A stretch of 64,000 nt of DNA from Flectobacillus sp. (lineage in GTDB: Bacteria > Bacteroidota > Bacteroidia > Cytophagales > Spirosomataceae): contig NZ_JBMLSD010000409.1 in assembly GCF_049240685.1 (NCBI RefSeq), positions 32 to 64,031 of the forward strand. The letters run 5' to 3'. How positions within the stretch are numbered: position 1 is the first letter of the stretch; each line of letters begins with the position of its first letter. The position numbers were made by a program, and so were the translations under genes. Below, in pieces: positions 27,936 to 37,415 of the stretch. The notes under the pieces are model-generated. The model had not been told where the DNA came from. It saw nothing but the letters and a program-made list of their open reading frames with translations, and ran no database searches.

Positions 27936-29326
27936 TTAATTTATATGAATAGTGTAATAGTTTACGATAGTAGCACAATTAACGGTGGCAGTACATTTCA
28001 AGTTAGCATATCCTGCATGTCTATCCCACTTAATCCCAACTTGAGTTGAGTTTACTCCCCACATAATCGTCCCGGTGGTGGAGTAATTAGGATAACCAGA
28101 TGGAATTATTTCCCATTGAATATTGGCGTTTGTACTATTCACTGGACCCTGTATTAGATAACTCATAACAGTTGATGAATAAGGGTCAGGAATATCTGAA
28201 ACATTAAAATTAGAATTTCCAGAAAATGTGAAATACGGTTTGCCCAAATCTGATAGATTAAACCAACCGAACCATAGAGGATTTCCATTGCTACAGCTTG
28301 TTTGACATTTAACTGCTACAGAAGTTACACTATTACTGGTAACATAGTTTCCTGGAAGATAGAGATAGTCATTGCTTGTAAAATTTGAGTACAGTGCGTT
28401 ATTAAGATTGTTATTATAACTGAAGCTAAATGTGAATTGTGAAGGCGATGTATTTCCATACCCAACAGCTTCACAAAGTAAAGCATCACCATAATTGTAT
28501 CAAGTATAGGGAAATGCAACTGAAATAGGATCTTGACACACATTCTTATTTGTACTTCCAGTGCATGTAACAATACCGTTTATAATGCCAAATGCAACTC
28601 CAATAGCGGCTCCAACAACTGAATAGTTTGCAGCGGATGCTAAAGTGGACCCCGTTGCCCATGCAATTGAGGTAGCGACTCCCGCACCTGTTCCAGACCA
28701 CCCACTTATTGCACCTACCCAACAAGCTAAGTCAGACCAAAAATCTTGGCTTTGAAATAATCTTGCTCCTTTTATATTTGGGATTTGTTCTAATTTCCAA
28801 TTTAAAGCATATCTTACAAGTGCCTGATGGCTTAAAATTTGTTTTTTTTCCTCAAATGTCAGAGAATTATCATTTCTGATATTATTTTCTTTATCAATTC
28901 CCCATTTATTTATGCTATTCAAATCAGAAGGGCTTGTTGTTAAATAAGAGGATAGGTCTTTAATATGCTTCTTGATTAAGGAACCAGATTTCTCAGTGTA
29001 ATATTTTTGACCAACAAGATCATCAATAATTTCATCGTGTGATTTTGCTTATATCTTTCTTTCCGAGATTCAAGTTCTTTTTTAAATAGCTCCTGATGCT
29101 CTTTTGGAAGATAAGAAGTTAAATCAACAGATCCCATATAATATTTCAAATGTGTATAAAGAAATTTTCCATCTAATTCGTTGTTAAACATAGTGGAGTC
29201 AACTGAAGGAATTGAGGTTCGATTCCCTGAGGAGTTAATCATCGAATCGTTGAGGGGAATATCTTTAGTACATTGAGTTAAAAGCGCTAGTACAAATACT
29301 AGCATAGGAAGAATGATTTTTTTCAC
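27936..29326 (-). pseudogene. Single ~464-codon lipoprotein gene (glycine-zipper middle, N/S/T/Y-rich C-terminus) broken by a 1-nt homopolymer frameshift and an in-frame TGA
   Basis: Lipoprotein signal MKKIILPMLVFVLALLTQC. ORFs 28976-29326 and 28500-28922 rejoin if one A is added to the A4 run (plus-strand TTTT, 29044-29047). After the TGA at 28500-28502, the same frame stays open for 84 codons without an ATG before the track TTG start of ORF 27936-28247. Confidence 0.55.
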
Positions 29327-29923
29327 GTTATTAAGGTTCTGTAGTTTTTCTCTCTTTAATAGGTGGAGATGACAACCTATACCAAATCAACTTTTGATAT
29401 ATCTTGATCTATATGATGCATGAACATATATTACTGATACCTCTTCTAACAGTTATAAGAATAGGCATTTATAATTTTTCTGATAAAATCTATTTCTTGA
29501 TTTCTTATAGCTAAAATTCTTAATTAAGGATTAATAATAGTTACTCACAAACTAAAAGAATCAAAAGAGTCCTGAATAAGCATAGATACTCTGTATGCTA
29601 TCGTAGAACACCCTAAAGCTTACTTTTGACACATGTTTTTTGTTGGATATGACTACAGCTATCATCCTTCTGTGAATACATTAACTTTTCTACCAGTGTG
29701 ATTAATGGAAAATGTTAATTGTATGAAATTGTGCTCTAATAAAATTAATCCGAATTGGTTAATTTCATTGGGATGGAAAGAATTAGGCAACAATAGAGTT
29801 TCAAACTATATATAGTTCAAATGTATATTAAAATATTAATATACAAAGGTTATTCCATAGATTTTTTTTGATGAACGAGAATAAGGAAAATTAAACGATG
29901 AAAAAAGATAAGATTATAGTTTA

Positions 29924-30112
29924 CTGTCGGCTTCCCATTTTTAGTACAGATTAAAAATATACATAATCTGATTGTTTTGATTATGTATTTACTCCTTCTT
30001 GGGCTTCGTTCCGCTGCGCTACACTCAGCCCAAGAAGGGTATTTTGTTTTTTTACTCTATCATAACAGGACTTATACACCCAGAGATAGGTGTGGACCAA
30101 CGAAATCATAAA
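29924..30112 (-). repeat. Right copy of the ~188-bp repeat
   Basis: Reverse complement of the left copy. The hairpin arms CCTTCTTGGGCT (29994-30005) and AGCCCAAGAAGG (30027-30038) carry paired substitutions relative to the left copy. It overlaps the last ~13 codons of ORF 30072-30632. Confidence 0.85.
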
Positions 30113-30632
30113 TACTGGTATTCAGAAACAACACTTTGGTTTCTTGTGGTCCGTGCAATTGTAAGGCATTTCCTTGCAAGTAAACAGCACTCACGCTCCA
30201 ATTGGGTGTAATTTGGTAATTGAGTGCAATTTCATAGGCCAAAAATCTCAACATTTCCGTAATTTCTTGCGACGCAGTGTTATCTGAAACAATTCTTTTG
30301 ACAAGCGTAAAAGCTGGATGTGCACTTACGCGTAAGCTAAACTTTTTTTGTTCGACTAATTGGTGTCGCAACCAAAAAATCATTCCTCCTTTGCTGGCAT
30401 CCGACACTAATCTTATGTCAGGATTGAAACTAAATCGGTTTTTACGCCATGCGAAATAGGTTACTACGGCCGGTCGATTTAAAGAGAAAGTAGGAATAAT
30501 TGAAAAGCCATTATTGGTCACTCCCACAAAACCGCTAAAGGTATTAATCGTTTTGGTACTGTCTTGTTGCCCATAAACGAGCCTACCCATGAGGGCAAAT
30601 GCCATCAGGGTACATAATTTCATCAAGTTCAT
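30072..30632 (-). CDS. Small secreted, probably outer-membrane beta-barrel-like protein
   Basis: Signal peptide MNLMKLCTLMAFALMGRLVYGQ and alternating beta-strand-like sequence. The C-terminal 13 residues are encoded by the repeat. Confidence 0.4.
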   Translation of the reverse strand: MNLMKLCTLMAFALMGRLVYGQQDSTKTINTFSGFVGVTNNGFSIIPTFSLNRPAVVTYFAWRKNRFSFNPDIRLVSDASKGGMIFWLRHQLVEQKKFSLRVSAHPAFTLVKRIVSDNTASQEITEMLRFLAYEIALNYQITPNWSVSAVYLQGNALQLHGPQETKVLFLNTSIYDFVGPHLSLGV

Positions 30633-30782
30633 TTATATTGTGTTTTTGGATAATGTAAATCAGTTTCAAAATTATACTTTTGAAAGTCTAGTTTTTTTAT
30701 AAATTTTACGGTTTAACTTACCACTTTTACTAGTCTATGCCACACGAATATTTTTCTTCCATAATTTAGAAGTATCAACAAA

Positions 30783-31679
30783 ATGGAAAAGACCATGGTT
30801 ATTTATGATACCGTCAAGCAGTATAGTCAGACATTCAACAACTCGGCGTTGCATCCTCTGATTAGTTTAGTCGATTTGGGGAAATCGAATCCCTTACCTC
30901 GTAGCAAATTCAAAATGGGAATTTATGCTATCATTATTAAGGAATCCAAATGTGGTGACTTGCGTTACGGCAATACTTACTATGATTATGATGAAGGGAC
31001 TATTGTATTTTTTGCTCCAGAACAAATCATTTCAACTGAGCCAGAAGGAGAAATGCATCAGCCCTTTGGCACTGCATTGGTTTTTCATCCAGACTTAATT
31101 AAGGGAACATCTTTGGGGCGACAAATTCATGAGTTTAATTATTTTTCGTATCAGTCAAACGAAGCATTACACGTATCTGAACGAGAAAAGGAAACTATCA
31201 TGAATTGTATCGAAAATATATCTTCTGAAATCAATCAAAATATTGATAGACATAGCAAAAAACTCATTATTGCTAATCTTGAACTATTATTGAAATATTT
31301 TTCAAGATTTTATGACCGACAGTTTATCACTCGAGAGGAAGTTCATCAAGGTATCCTTTTGCAATTTGACCAACTATTGACCGATTATGTATATGGGAAA
31401 GATTTGGCGACGAAAGGGCTTCCATCGGTAGCATATTTTGCAGATTGTCTGCATTTATCCGCTAATTATTTTGGAGATTTAATCAAGAAGGAGACAGGGA
31501 AAACGGCACTAGAGTATATCCAATTAAAATTATTGGATTTCGCAAAGGAACGAGTGTTAGATACCACCAAATCGCTAAGTGAGATTTCGTATGAATTGGG
31601 CTTTAAATATCCCCAACATTTTACTAGATTTTTTAAACAGAAACTAGGTGTCACACCATTAGAATATCGCTTAAATTAG
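30783..31679 (+). CDS. AraC-family transcriptional regulator
   Basis: C-terminal double HTH: ANYFGDLIKKETGKTALEYIQLKLLDFAKERVL...ISYELGFKYPQHFTRFFKQKLGVTPLEYR. Confidence 0.85.
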   Translation: MEKTMVIYDTVKQYSQTFNNSALHPLISLVDLGKSNPLPRSKFKMGIYAIIIKESKCGDLRYGNTYYDYDEGTIVFFAPEQIISTEPEGEMHQPFGTALVFHPDLIKGTSLGRQIHEFNYFSYQSNEALHVSEREKETIMNCIENISSEINQNIDRHSKKLIIANLELLLKYFSRFYDRQFITREEVHQGILLQFDQLLTDYVYGKDLATKGLPSVAYFADCLHLSANYFGDLIKKETGKTALEYIQLKLLDFAKERVLDTTKSLSEISYELGFKYPQHFTRFFKQKLGVTPLEYRLN

Positions 31680-31691
31680 CCATGAGCCATT

Positions 31692-31868
31692 CTTAATTGA
31701 GTGAATTGAGATTGAGTGAATGAGTGATTATCTTAAAATTAGGATTACATTCCAATTTTAAAATAATACAATACTTGATGACACAGCTTTATTAAGCTTT
31801 TACAAGTGAGAAAATTATTTTAAAAAAATAATCACTAAATCACTCATTCAATAATCACTCAATTCAAG
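31692..31868. repeat. MITE-like element or long bidirectional hairpin: ~40-bp imperfect inverted repeats of GAGTGA/TTGAGTGA words around an AT-rich core
   Basis: CTTAATTGAGTGAATTGAGATTGAGTGAATGAGTGATTAT (31692-31731) matches the reverse complement of 31828-31868 (CTTGAATTGAGTGATTATTGAATGAGTGATTTAGTGATTAT). It lies between the convergent araC-like and hipT-like genes. Confidence 0.55.
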
Positions 31869-31872
31869 CTTT

Positions 31873-32877
31873 TTATTTGTTCAGACTATTCCTTCGAGTA
31901 TTATACATTTGCCAATAGCCTCGTTTATTATTTTCATTCAAAAAAGAATGATTGATTAGGGTTTCAACTAATGGTTGTTTCTCTAACAATGGCGTAAGTA
32001 TTTTTTCTATTCTGCTTTCCAATACGCCTATTCTTTTACCTAATTCCACAAAATCTGCTTTTGCTGGGTGCCCTGATTTTTTGAATTCTACGCTTTGAAA
32101 ATCATCTATGAATAGCCCTCTATCCAAGGCAAAATCAGTATCATCGACATGAAGTCTTGTATTGATTAAATCATAAGCGGGACTCAACAGATAATCTCCT
32201 CCAGAAGATTCAAGCAAGGAAAAGTTTTTCAGATGGGCATCGCCGTTACTAAACAAATAATTGAATACCACCAACACAAAATACTTTTCAATCTCAACGC
32301 GCCACGCTGGTACGTACTGTTTTATGAGTGCGCCAATTTCTTCATAGCTATATTCATATTTGAAATTAGCACCCGCATTATCTTTTGTTTTTCCAGCCAA
32401 GGTTGCAAAATCCTCCTTACCCCATTTTCCTCCATCTTTCTTTACATCAAATCTTTTGGTGATATAGGCTGGCGAGCCATCTTTAAAAAATATCAAGGCA
32501 TTTTCAGCGGTATTGAGTCCGTATACTTGTTTAGCAATTTGCATGGTCAAATGCTCATTTGCGGGCACTTGATCAACTTTCTTTAAATCTCTAGGAATAG
32601 GTTTCAAAATATAAGTACCTTGTTCTCCTTGATGTGTTAAGCGAAGTTGATTTTTTTCGAGTACCAAACTCAATTTTTCTTGTACACCCGAAATAGAAAT
32701 ACGTTTACGATTTTCTATAAATAACTCGGCGACTTCCTCATTTTGCTGTGCTTGTTCATAAGGCAAAATATGGTTTACTTTTTTGCCATTAAACATATTT
32801 CTTAAGCAACTCGGACTGTAAGTGTTAAATCCTTCTGCTAATGTTCCAGGGCAATAAGTTAATTCATGTAGATTCAT
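31873..32877 (-). CDS. hipT: HipA-family Ser/Thr kinase toxin lacking the N-terminal subdomain (HipT-like)
   Basis: Catalytic motif SNGDAHLKNFSLL and P-loop-like ISGVQEKLSL. At 334 aa it is about 100 aa shorter than canonical HipA. Confidence 0.8.
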   Translation of the reverse strand: MNLHELTYCPGTLAEGFNTYSPSCLRNMFNGKKVNHILPYEQAQQNEEVAELFIENRKRISISGVQEKLSLVLEKNQLRLTHQGEQGTYILKPIPRDLKKVDQVPANEHLTMQIAKQVYGLNTAENALIFFKDGSPAYITKRFDVKKDGGKWGKEDFATLAGKTKDNAGANFKYEYSYEEIGALIKQYVPAWRVEIEKYFVLVVFNYLFSNGDAHLKNFSLLESSGGDYLLSPAYDLINTRLHVDDTDFALDRGLFIDDFQSVEFKKSGHPAKADFVELGKRIGVLESRIEKILTPLLEKQPLVETLINHSFLNENNKRGYWQMYNTRRNSLNK

Positions 32878-33203
32878 TTTTCTATCAAGGGTTTTACCGT
32901 TACGGCTCCGATGGTATCGCTTTGGGCTGTCGCCATCAATAGACCAAAACTATCGTCTTCATCTATGCGTAATTGTGTGCTTTGTAGTTTACGATTTACC
33001 CCTTCACTGAGCATATTAAAAAAGAAAGGGAACAGTACCTCACTAGTGTATTCTTGCTGGCTCTTAGGAAGCGTCAGACTTATAGCTGGCATTTGGGAGT
33101 CATCGAAATAATTTTTATCGTATTTGAAAACAAACTGCTTTCGATTTTCTTCTATGAGGATTCCTGCAAAAATACCATTTCGATAGACCGCTACTTTTCT
33201 CAT
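32874..33203 (-). CDS. hipS: Stand-alone HipA N-terminal-subdomain protein (HipS-like)
   Basis: 109 aa. The VYRNGIFAGILIE...FFNMLSEG pattern matches the HipA N-terminal coupling domain. A 4-nt ATGA overlap links it to the kinase gene. Confidence 0.7.
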   Translation of the reverse strand: MRKVAVYRNGIFAGILIEENRKQFVFKYDKNYFDDSQMPAISLTLPKSQQEYTSEVLFPFFFNMLSEGVNRKLQSTQLRIDEDDSFGLLMATAQSDTIGAVTVKPLIEK

Positions 33204-33206
33204 TAT

Positions 33207-33416
33207 TTACGCATTTTTTTTAATGTCCATGGATAAAACCAAACCAAGTACTTCTGCCAATTTATTGAGAACCTCTAAAGAAGGATTTCCCTGTCCTCGT
33301 TCGAGTTTATACAGAGTGTTTGTACTTATACCTGCCAATTCAGCCAAATGTGGCTGAGTAATTTTCAACTCCTTTCGTCGTGTCTTGATGATATTTCCTA
33401 AATCCTGAACTAACAT
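33207..33416 (-). CDS. hipB: XRE-family HTH protein (HipB-like)
   Basis: 69 aa. ITQPHLAELAGISTNTLYKLERGQGNPSLEVLNKLAEVLG is a classic Cro/C1 HTH. Confidence 0.8.
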   Translation of the reverse strand: MLVQDLGNIIKTRRKELKITQPHLAELAGISTNTLYKLERGQGNPSLEVLNKLAEVLGLVLSMDIKKNA

Positions 33417-33553
33417 TATATTGTGATTTTTATGTAAAAATATCTTTTTTCAGCAGAAATTCAAGCACAAAATCACATTATAATATGATTTATACGTAAT
33501 TTCTATTTCAAATGCTTATTCATTAAATAAAACACACATTATATTGTGATTTT
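33415..33553. promoter_or_regulatory. Three copies of a 16-bp candidate operator in the hipB upstream region
   Basis: ATTATATTGTGATTTT occurs at 33415-33430 (overlapping the hipB start) and at 33538-33553. An inverted copy AAAATCACATTATAAT lies at 33469-33484, with 1 mismatch. Confidence 0.55.
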
Positions 33554-33630
33554 ATCGTTATTTTCAGTATCATCAATCTATTAAATAAGTTGATGTTGTA
33601 CTCAAAAACAGACATTTCACTAAACTGAAA

Positions 33631-34090
33631 AACGACTTTTATAGGGATTTTTACTTTCCAAAAACGCCTATACACTTCATATTGACCAAAAGGACAAAAT
33701 GTCCGCTTGCGTAAAAGCTTACTCCAAACCTTCAATTAAAAACGACTTTTATGGGTATTTTAAAAATGGAGTTTTTGAAAACACTTACTAAAAATACTCC
33801 AAGAGGACAAAATGTCCGCTAGGTATTCTTTATTGAGAATTTTACACCATGCACAGATTTAACCTCAAAATTTTCGTGTTATGATTTTAGTCTTTTTCTC
33901 AAGCGGACATAATGTCCTCTTGGGAAAAAGACCAGTTTGAGTCATTTTAATAACGACTTTTATGGGGTCTTTAACAATAAATGAGCTATTGACATTATCT
34001 TTTAAAACTATAAAAAATACAATTTTATTCATATAAAAATATTGTAAAACTCAAACTATTAAAATAATAGCCCAAGCGGACAAAATGTCC
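33631..34090. repeat. Four GGACA-N3-TGTCC palindromes (parS-like) interleaved with three inverted copies of the replicon-2 iteron
   Basis: Palindromes (GC)GGACA(A/T)AATGTCC(GC) at 33692-33706, 33804-33818, 33903-17 and 34076-34090. AACGACTTTTAT(A/G)GGG at 33631, 33741 and 33952 is the reverse complement of the 37543-37666 iterons. The cluster lies just downstream of the parB-like gene. Confidence 0.7.
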
Positions 34091-34124
34091 ACTTGGGCTA
34101 TTCTTGAAAAAAGGACTTTATTAT

Positions 34125-35003
34125 TTAATCAATCATGAAGCCTTCGAGTGAATTTACCAATTGCTTGAGCTGGTCAAAATGAGTTTTTGATTTGGATGCT
34201 TGAACCGTCTTTAGCATAGCGTTAATATCCTTGAACACTTTATCAGGAGTAGCTTCTGACGAAGAAGTAGACAAAGAAGCTGGCTGTGACACTACCGAAT
34301 CCAGGGCTGCAATACTCGAAATAGGTTGTTCCACAACAGCTTTGCTCAATTGTTGAATAACTTTTTTGGGTACCTTTACTTCTCCTGAGAGAACTTGTTT
34401 ACGAAGATCAATATCCAATTTTTCAAGACCGCTGGCAAAGTCACCATCTCTACGAATAGTTTTTTCATCAACCTTAAACTGCTGCGCTATTTTTTCAGAG
34501 GTTTTTAATTCCATTCCCTCTGTTGAAAAATTAGATTCCTTGCTTGTCAATTTTTCAGCATTGTATCTCAATCCACGGTAATAGGCCATCTGTGTCGGGC
34601 TCAAATTGCGACGCCCCATTTGAAGGTCAAGCATATAATTGCGAGCTTCAAGGATGGTCTCAAAAAACATCAGCACAATATTGAAAGGCAGATTATGTTT
34701 CTGACAAATCAAGTATCTATTGTGACCATCTACCAATACAAATAACTCTTGGTCAGTCTCCGAATTGGGATTGACTTTCTGCTCGGTAGTTTGCCAAATC
34801 ACTAAAGAGTCCTTACAACCATTTGCCAAAATATTAGCTTCAAGTCCTTCTAATTCTTCTGTTTGTAAGGGTTGAATCAAGTCTTTGAGTTCGTCCAAAA
34901 TCGTGATTCGCTGCTTTATATTCTCATTCGAAATCAAACCAGAAGTTACAGTCTTAGTAACGTTCGATTTCATTTGAGCCTTAAAATCTATCTTCTTAGC
35001 CAT
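34125..35003 (-). CDS. parB: ParB/Srx N-terminal-domain partition protein
   Basis: ParB box VLVDGHNRYLIC. 292 aa. It directly abuts the parA stop. Confidence 0.7.
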   Translation of the reverse strand: MAKKIDFKAQMKSNVTKTVTSGLISNENIKQRITILDELKDLIQPLQTEELEGLEANILANGCKDSLVIWQTTEQKVNPNSETDQELFVLVDGHNRYLICQKHNLPFNIVLMFFETILEARNYMLDLQMGRRNLSPTQMAYYRGLRYNAEKLTSKESNFSTEGMELKTSEKIAQQFKVDEKTIRRDGDFASGLEKLDIDLRKQVLSGEVKVPKKVIQQLSKAVVEQPISSIAALDSVVSQPASLSTSSSEATPDKVFKDINAMLKTVQASKSKTHFDQLKQLVNSLEGFMID

Positions 35004-35972
35004 CTATTTCGAATTACGTTTTGAGTTAATATTATTGAGAAGTTCTAGCGCCAACTCATCATACGATTTGGCAGCGGCAGAGTTTTTATCAAAATCAAAA
35101 ATTGGTGCTTTCAAAGCTTGTGCTTTTTTAATTTCAATGCCTTTTTTGATTTCAGTATCAAAAATATTGACGCTTTGATAGTTTTCTCTAACTGCTTCTT
35201 TCATACTGGTATGCACAGTATTTTTTTCAACTATCGTAAACAAAATACCTTCGATATGTAAAGTTGGATTTGAGAAAATTTGTGTCTCATAAATTACCCC
35301 AAAAAGTGAGTTAAGACCATTTACCGCATTCATTTCTGGTTGCATAGCCACAATGCACGAGTTGGCTGCATTTAATGCATTGAGTGTCAAAACCGATAGG
35401 GAAGGAGGACAGTCTATTAAGATAAAATCATACACATCCAGAAATGGAACTAAAGCTCTTTGCAAACGTTGTTGGCTAGCTGGAGCTGAAAGTAGCGTTT
35501 GTTCAGCTTTTTGAAGTTCTAAGTCAGAGGGAGCAATATGTAAGTGTTCCGTAACTTCTTCGATATGCAATGGAATGGTATAGTTGACCAAGGAATTAAA
35601 CACTTGTCCATTCTCGGTAGTCACATTGAATATCTGACTTAAGTTACCTTGAGAGTCAAGGTCAATCAACAATACCTTCAAACCACGATTCGATAAGGCT
35701 TCACCCAAGTAAGCAGTTGTGGTTGTTTTTCCAACACCACCTTTATTATTGGCAATGGCAATAACTGTAGCTTTAAGATTGAAAGCTTCATTATAACCAT
35801 ATTTCATCAGAACAGGCAACAATTTGCTACGTTGCTTATCGGTAAGTTCGCGCTTAAGAGAGATAATTTGAGTGAGCGAGCGAATCGCCATGCCAGCTTC
35901 TTTTTCAATACCCGTAATGGTAAGGGCTGGATTTCTATTAAGAAAACGAATTAGTAAGTCTGTAGTAAGCAT
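35004..35972 (-). CDS. parA: ParA partition ATPase with N-terminal extension (type Ia-like)
   Basis: Deviant Walker A NNKGGVGKTT after a ~70-aa HTH-like N-terminal extension. 322 aa. Confidence 0.85.
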   Translation of the reverse strand: MLTTDLLIRFLNRNPALTITGIEKEAGMAIRSLTQIISLKRELTDKQRSKLLPVLMKYGYNEAFNLKATVIAIANNKGGVGKTTTTAYLGEALSNRGLKVLLIDLDSQGNLSQIFNVTTENGQVFNSLVNYTIPLHIEEVTEHLHIAPSDLELQKAEQTLLSAPASQQRLQRALVPFLDVYDFILIDCPPSLSVLTLNALNAANSCIVAMQPEMNAVNGLNSLFGVIYETQIFSNPTLHIEGILFTIVEKNTVHTSMKEAVRENYQSVNIFDTEIKKGIEIKKAQALKAPIFDFDKNSAAAKSYDELALELLNNINSKRNSK

Positions 35973-36041
35973 AAAAAAGCATTTATTGTGTAAATATAAT
36001 ATTTGTATTTTATCTACACAATAAATATCATTTTTTATATC

Positions 36042-37415
36042 TTATAAAACTAAGCCAAATTCTTTTGCTTTGGGAAGATAAGGATCCTTAATTTTTTGAA
36101 AATCTGAAATAAAATGACTTTTACACCAAGTTACAACAAAACTCGTTACCATAAACTGCTGATTCTGAATCGCTCCATAAAATTTCATAGGAATAGAACT
36201 TTCATTTGAGGCTAATATATATTCCCAAACTAGCTCGTCGGTAACTGTTTTGGGTCCATTTTCTATTTTATTTTTAAGCTCATTATAAATCGCAACTCCC
36301 ACAGTAGGATCAAACCTCAATAAATGAATCGCATATTCCAAACAGTCATCGTAATAGGCCTTGAGTAATGAATCTTTTTGATAAGTAATCGACTTTTCTT
36401 GAACTTTGATATTCTCTGTAATAATCAGTTGTTCTTGGTGAGCTCTAATCTTTAGCTCTTTCGTTTCTTGCTGTTTGACAATGTCTTCGGCACTTACCAT
36501 CTTTTGTAAGTAACGAGCTGGATCTTGTACTTTTCCTTGTTTTATTTCTTTAAGCGTATATTCTACTCCTGCCAAAATTTGGGCGTAAGGGTATTTCTTA
36601 AACCAGGTATTCACCACTGCTTCTGTGACATACTCTTTCACGAGTGTATGTATCTCCACAATTTGAAGTTGCAAACTTTCATCCACTTTTGTCTTTTGGC
36701 GATTTTCAATGATGATAAAACGCAAACGAATAACTTTTTTCCCTGATTTAATTTCTTCAAAATCAAAATATAAATCCGAACTACTTTCCAATTCTGTTCT
36801 GGCTTGTTGCAAGACTTTGAGCTTGAAATCAAAATAGTTTTTGTATCTGGTCGAAAGCCCTAAACGATCTTTCAAGTCTTCAACATCTAACTCAAACGAG
36901 CCAAATCTTTCATACTGTTTACAGAATTCATAAAATCGAATAGCGTAGATACTATCTAAAAAAAGCAGGTTACGTATATCTAATACCGTAAAATTTTCTT
37001 TAATCTGTAAAAGGAAGGGCTTGAGCTTATTAGAAAACTCAAAAATGAATTTTGCCTGAACTTTATCGTAAACGATTGAACTAAAGAAGTTTGCTTCTAA
37101 TTTGATTTTATCATCTTCGTAGTAAATATCTTTTTTACGAAGTTTGGTCAATTCTTCTTGTAAGTATTTTAATAAGTTTTTGGTTTTGCCACCCACAAAG
37201 TTTTGAAATTCTTTCAGAGAAATCTGCACGTCAGGCAAATCATCATTGCTCTGATCGACAGATGCAATGACTTTCAGAAAAACTTTCATCTGTACTGCAG
37301 TAATGTCAAACTTAGCATTGATAATGGGATTGGTCTTGACTAATCTGTTGGGATCTCTTGAAATAACTTCAATGGCTTTTTCTCTATGCTCTTTACTCAT
37401 GGACGATTTGGGCAA
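36042..37415 (-). CDS. rep: Plasmid replication initiator (RepB/Rep_3-like), replicon 2
   Basis: The N-terminus NPIINAKFDITAVQMKVFLKVIA is typical of iteron-binding initiators. The iteron array lies directly upstream. Confidence 0.75.
   Translation of the reverse strand: MPKSSMSKEHREKAIEVISRDPNRLVKTNPIINAKFDITAVQMKVFLKVIASVDQSNDDLPDVQISLKEFQNFVGGKTKNLLKYLQEELTKLRKKDIYYEDDKIKLEANFFSSIVYDKVQAKFIFEFSNKLKPFLLQIKENFTVLDIRNLLFLDSIYAIRFYEFCKQYERFGSFELDVEDLKDRLGLSTRYKNYFDFKLKVLQQARTELESSSDLYFDFEEIKSGKKVIRLRFIIIENRQKTKVDESLQLQIVEIHTLVKEYVTEAVVNTWFKKYPYAQILAGVEYTLKEIKQGKVQDPARYLQKMVSAEDIVKQQETKELKIRAHQEQLIITENIKVQEKSITYQKDSLLKAYYDDCLEYAIHLLRFDPTVGVAIYNELKNKIENGPKTVTDELVWEYILASNESSIPMKFYGAIQNQQFMVTSFVVTWCKSHFISDFQKIKDPYLPKAKEFGLVL

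Noticed and set aside
824-28502. Genetic-code reassignment of TGA, suggested by two in-frame TGAs (968-970 and 28500-28502)
   Set aside because: TGA clearly terminates well-defined genes in the same window: the 1981-aa helicase at 8977-8979, and hsdS at 21530-21532 with its ATGA overlap to hsdR. Ordinary nonsense mutations in decaying genes explain the data better.
29211-29230. tRNA-like T-loop motif GGTTCGATTCC
   Set aside because: The flanking bases do not form a T-stem, acceptor stem or anticodon arm. The motif lies inside the lipoprotein coding sequence.
26913-30112. Interpreting the 188-bp inverted repeats as the ends of an autonomous IS/transposon
   Set aside because: No transposase, integrase or invertase ORF lies between or beside them. 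The enclosed genes are lipoprotein-type and partly degraded. Kept as a finding, but not called a mobile element.
33523-33735. 70-aa minus-strand ORF upstream of hipB
   Set aside because: It spans the operator copy, an iteron copy and a parS-like palindrome. The region is better explained as regulatory DNA.
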